From: Candidatus Latescibacterota bacterium
GTDB taxonomy: Bacteria > Latescibacterota > UBA2968 > UBA8231
Direction of reading: 5' to 3'
Assembly: GCA_964291625.2 (NCBI GenBank)
Contig: OZ220089.1
Coordinates: forward strand, 2,592,001 to 2,656,000
Length of the DNA: 64,000 bases
Shown here: one piece after another, positions 63,512 to 64,000 of the stretch
How positions within the stretch are numbered: position 1 is the stretch's first letter
Layout: every line of letters begins with the position of its first letter
Made by a program: the position numbers and the translations under genes
Notes under the pieces: model-generated
Told to the model about the DNA's origin: nothing
The model's input: only the letters and a program-made list of their open reading frames with translations
The model's database searches: none

Positions 63512-64000
63512 TCAGGCCGCCCGGCGCAGCACGTGCCCGGGGCAGCGGTCGGTGAGCGCGCCGCCGCTCACGGCGGCGACCCCGTTGACGTAGACGTGGT
63601 CGATCCCCAGCGGGAAGCGGTAGGGATCGTCGAAGTCCGCTCTCTCCCCCACGCTCTCGGGATCGAAGACGACGAGATCCGCCCAGGCGCCCTCGCGCAG
63701 CACGCCCCGTCCGTGGAGGCGGAAGCGCGCCGCGGCGTGGCCGGTGAGCTTGTGCACGGCCTGCTCCCAGGTGAGGGCCCCCTGGTCGCGGATGAAGTGC
63801 CGCAGGAAGTAGGGGAAGGCGCCGTACGACCGCGGGTGGTGCTTGCCCTCGGCCAGGACGCCCTCGGGAATGAGCGAGAAGCCGTCGGAGATCACGCCGC
63901 CGGCGTCGTGGCGGGCGATGTTGAGGAAGTCCTCCTCGCTCACGTCCTCGGCCAGCATCCAGGGCCGCGCCTCCTCCTCGACCAGGATGTCGAGGACGGC
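63512..64000 (-). CDS. N-acyl-D-amino-acid deacylase (D-aminoacylase), C-terminal part
   Basis: 'HPRSYGAFP', 'AVHKLTG', 'RGVLREGAWADLVVFDP' and 'GIDHVYVNG'. The 5' end lies outside the window. Confidence 0.85.
   Translation of the reverse strand, partial: AVLDILVEEEARPWMLAEDVSEEDFLNIARHDAGGVISDGFSLIPEGVLAEGKHHPRSYGAFPYFLRHFIRDQGALTWEQAVHKLTGHAAARFRLHGRGVLREGAWADLVVFDPESVGERADFDDPYRFPLGIDHVYVNGVAAVSGGALTDRCPGHVLRRAA

Overview
A very GC-rich, gene-dense bacterial chromosomal segment with about 55 credible CDSs and one tRNA-Val(GAC). I found no integrase, transposase or CRISPR array. The gene content and a secreted protein with a 'DLDGDGVVGFEDFFIF' EF-hand/dockerin-like tail suggest a Latescibacterota-like organism (inference only). 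Most genes are catabolic or housekeeping: enolase-superfamily enzymes, amidohydrolases, DgcN/DgcA, AmpD, NamZ, a DD-carboxypeptidase, an ATP-dependent ligase, a double-length UvrA, a DUF2723-GT2-flippase cluster, NfeD-SPFH-SPFH, LytS/LytTR with a GH1, and a K+ channel. The standout is 44341-48077 on the minus strand. An ECF sigma factor gene has an ECF-type promoter (TGAACCC-N16-GTCAAC) directly upstream. One base after its stop begins a 1028-aa ORF that is a miniaturised single-chain RpoB-RpoC (beta-beta') fusion. This protein keeps the DFDGD catalytic triad, the beta-side catalytic residues and the sigma-binding clamp helices. It lacks the flap, the Zn-binding domain and the trigger loop, and it has substitutions at the sugar-selecting and rifampicin-pocket positions. 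It looks like a dedicated mini-RNA-polymerase plus sigma module, or a core-mimicking anti-sigma. All family assignments come from motif recognition by eye, not from database searches.
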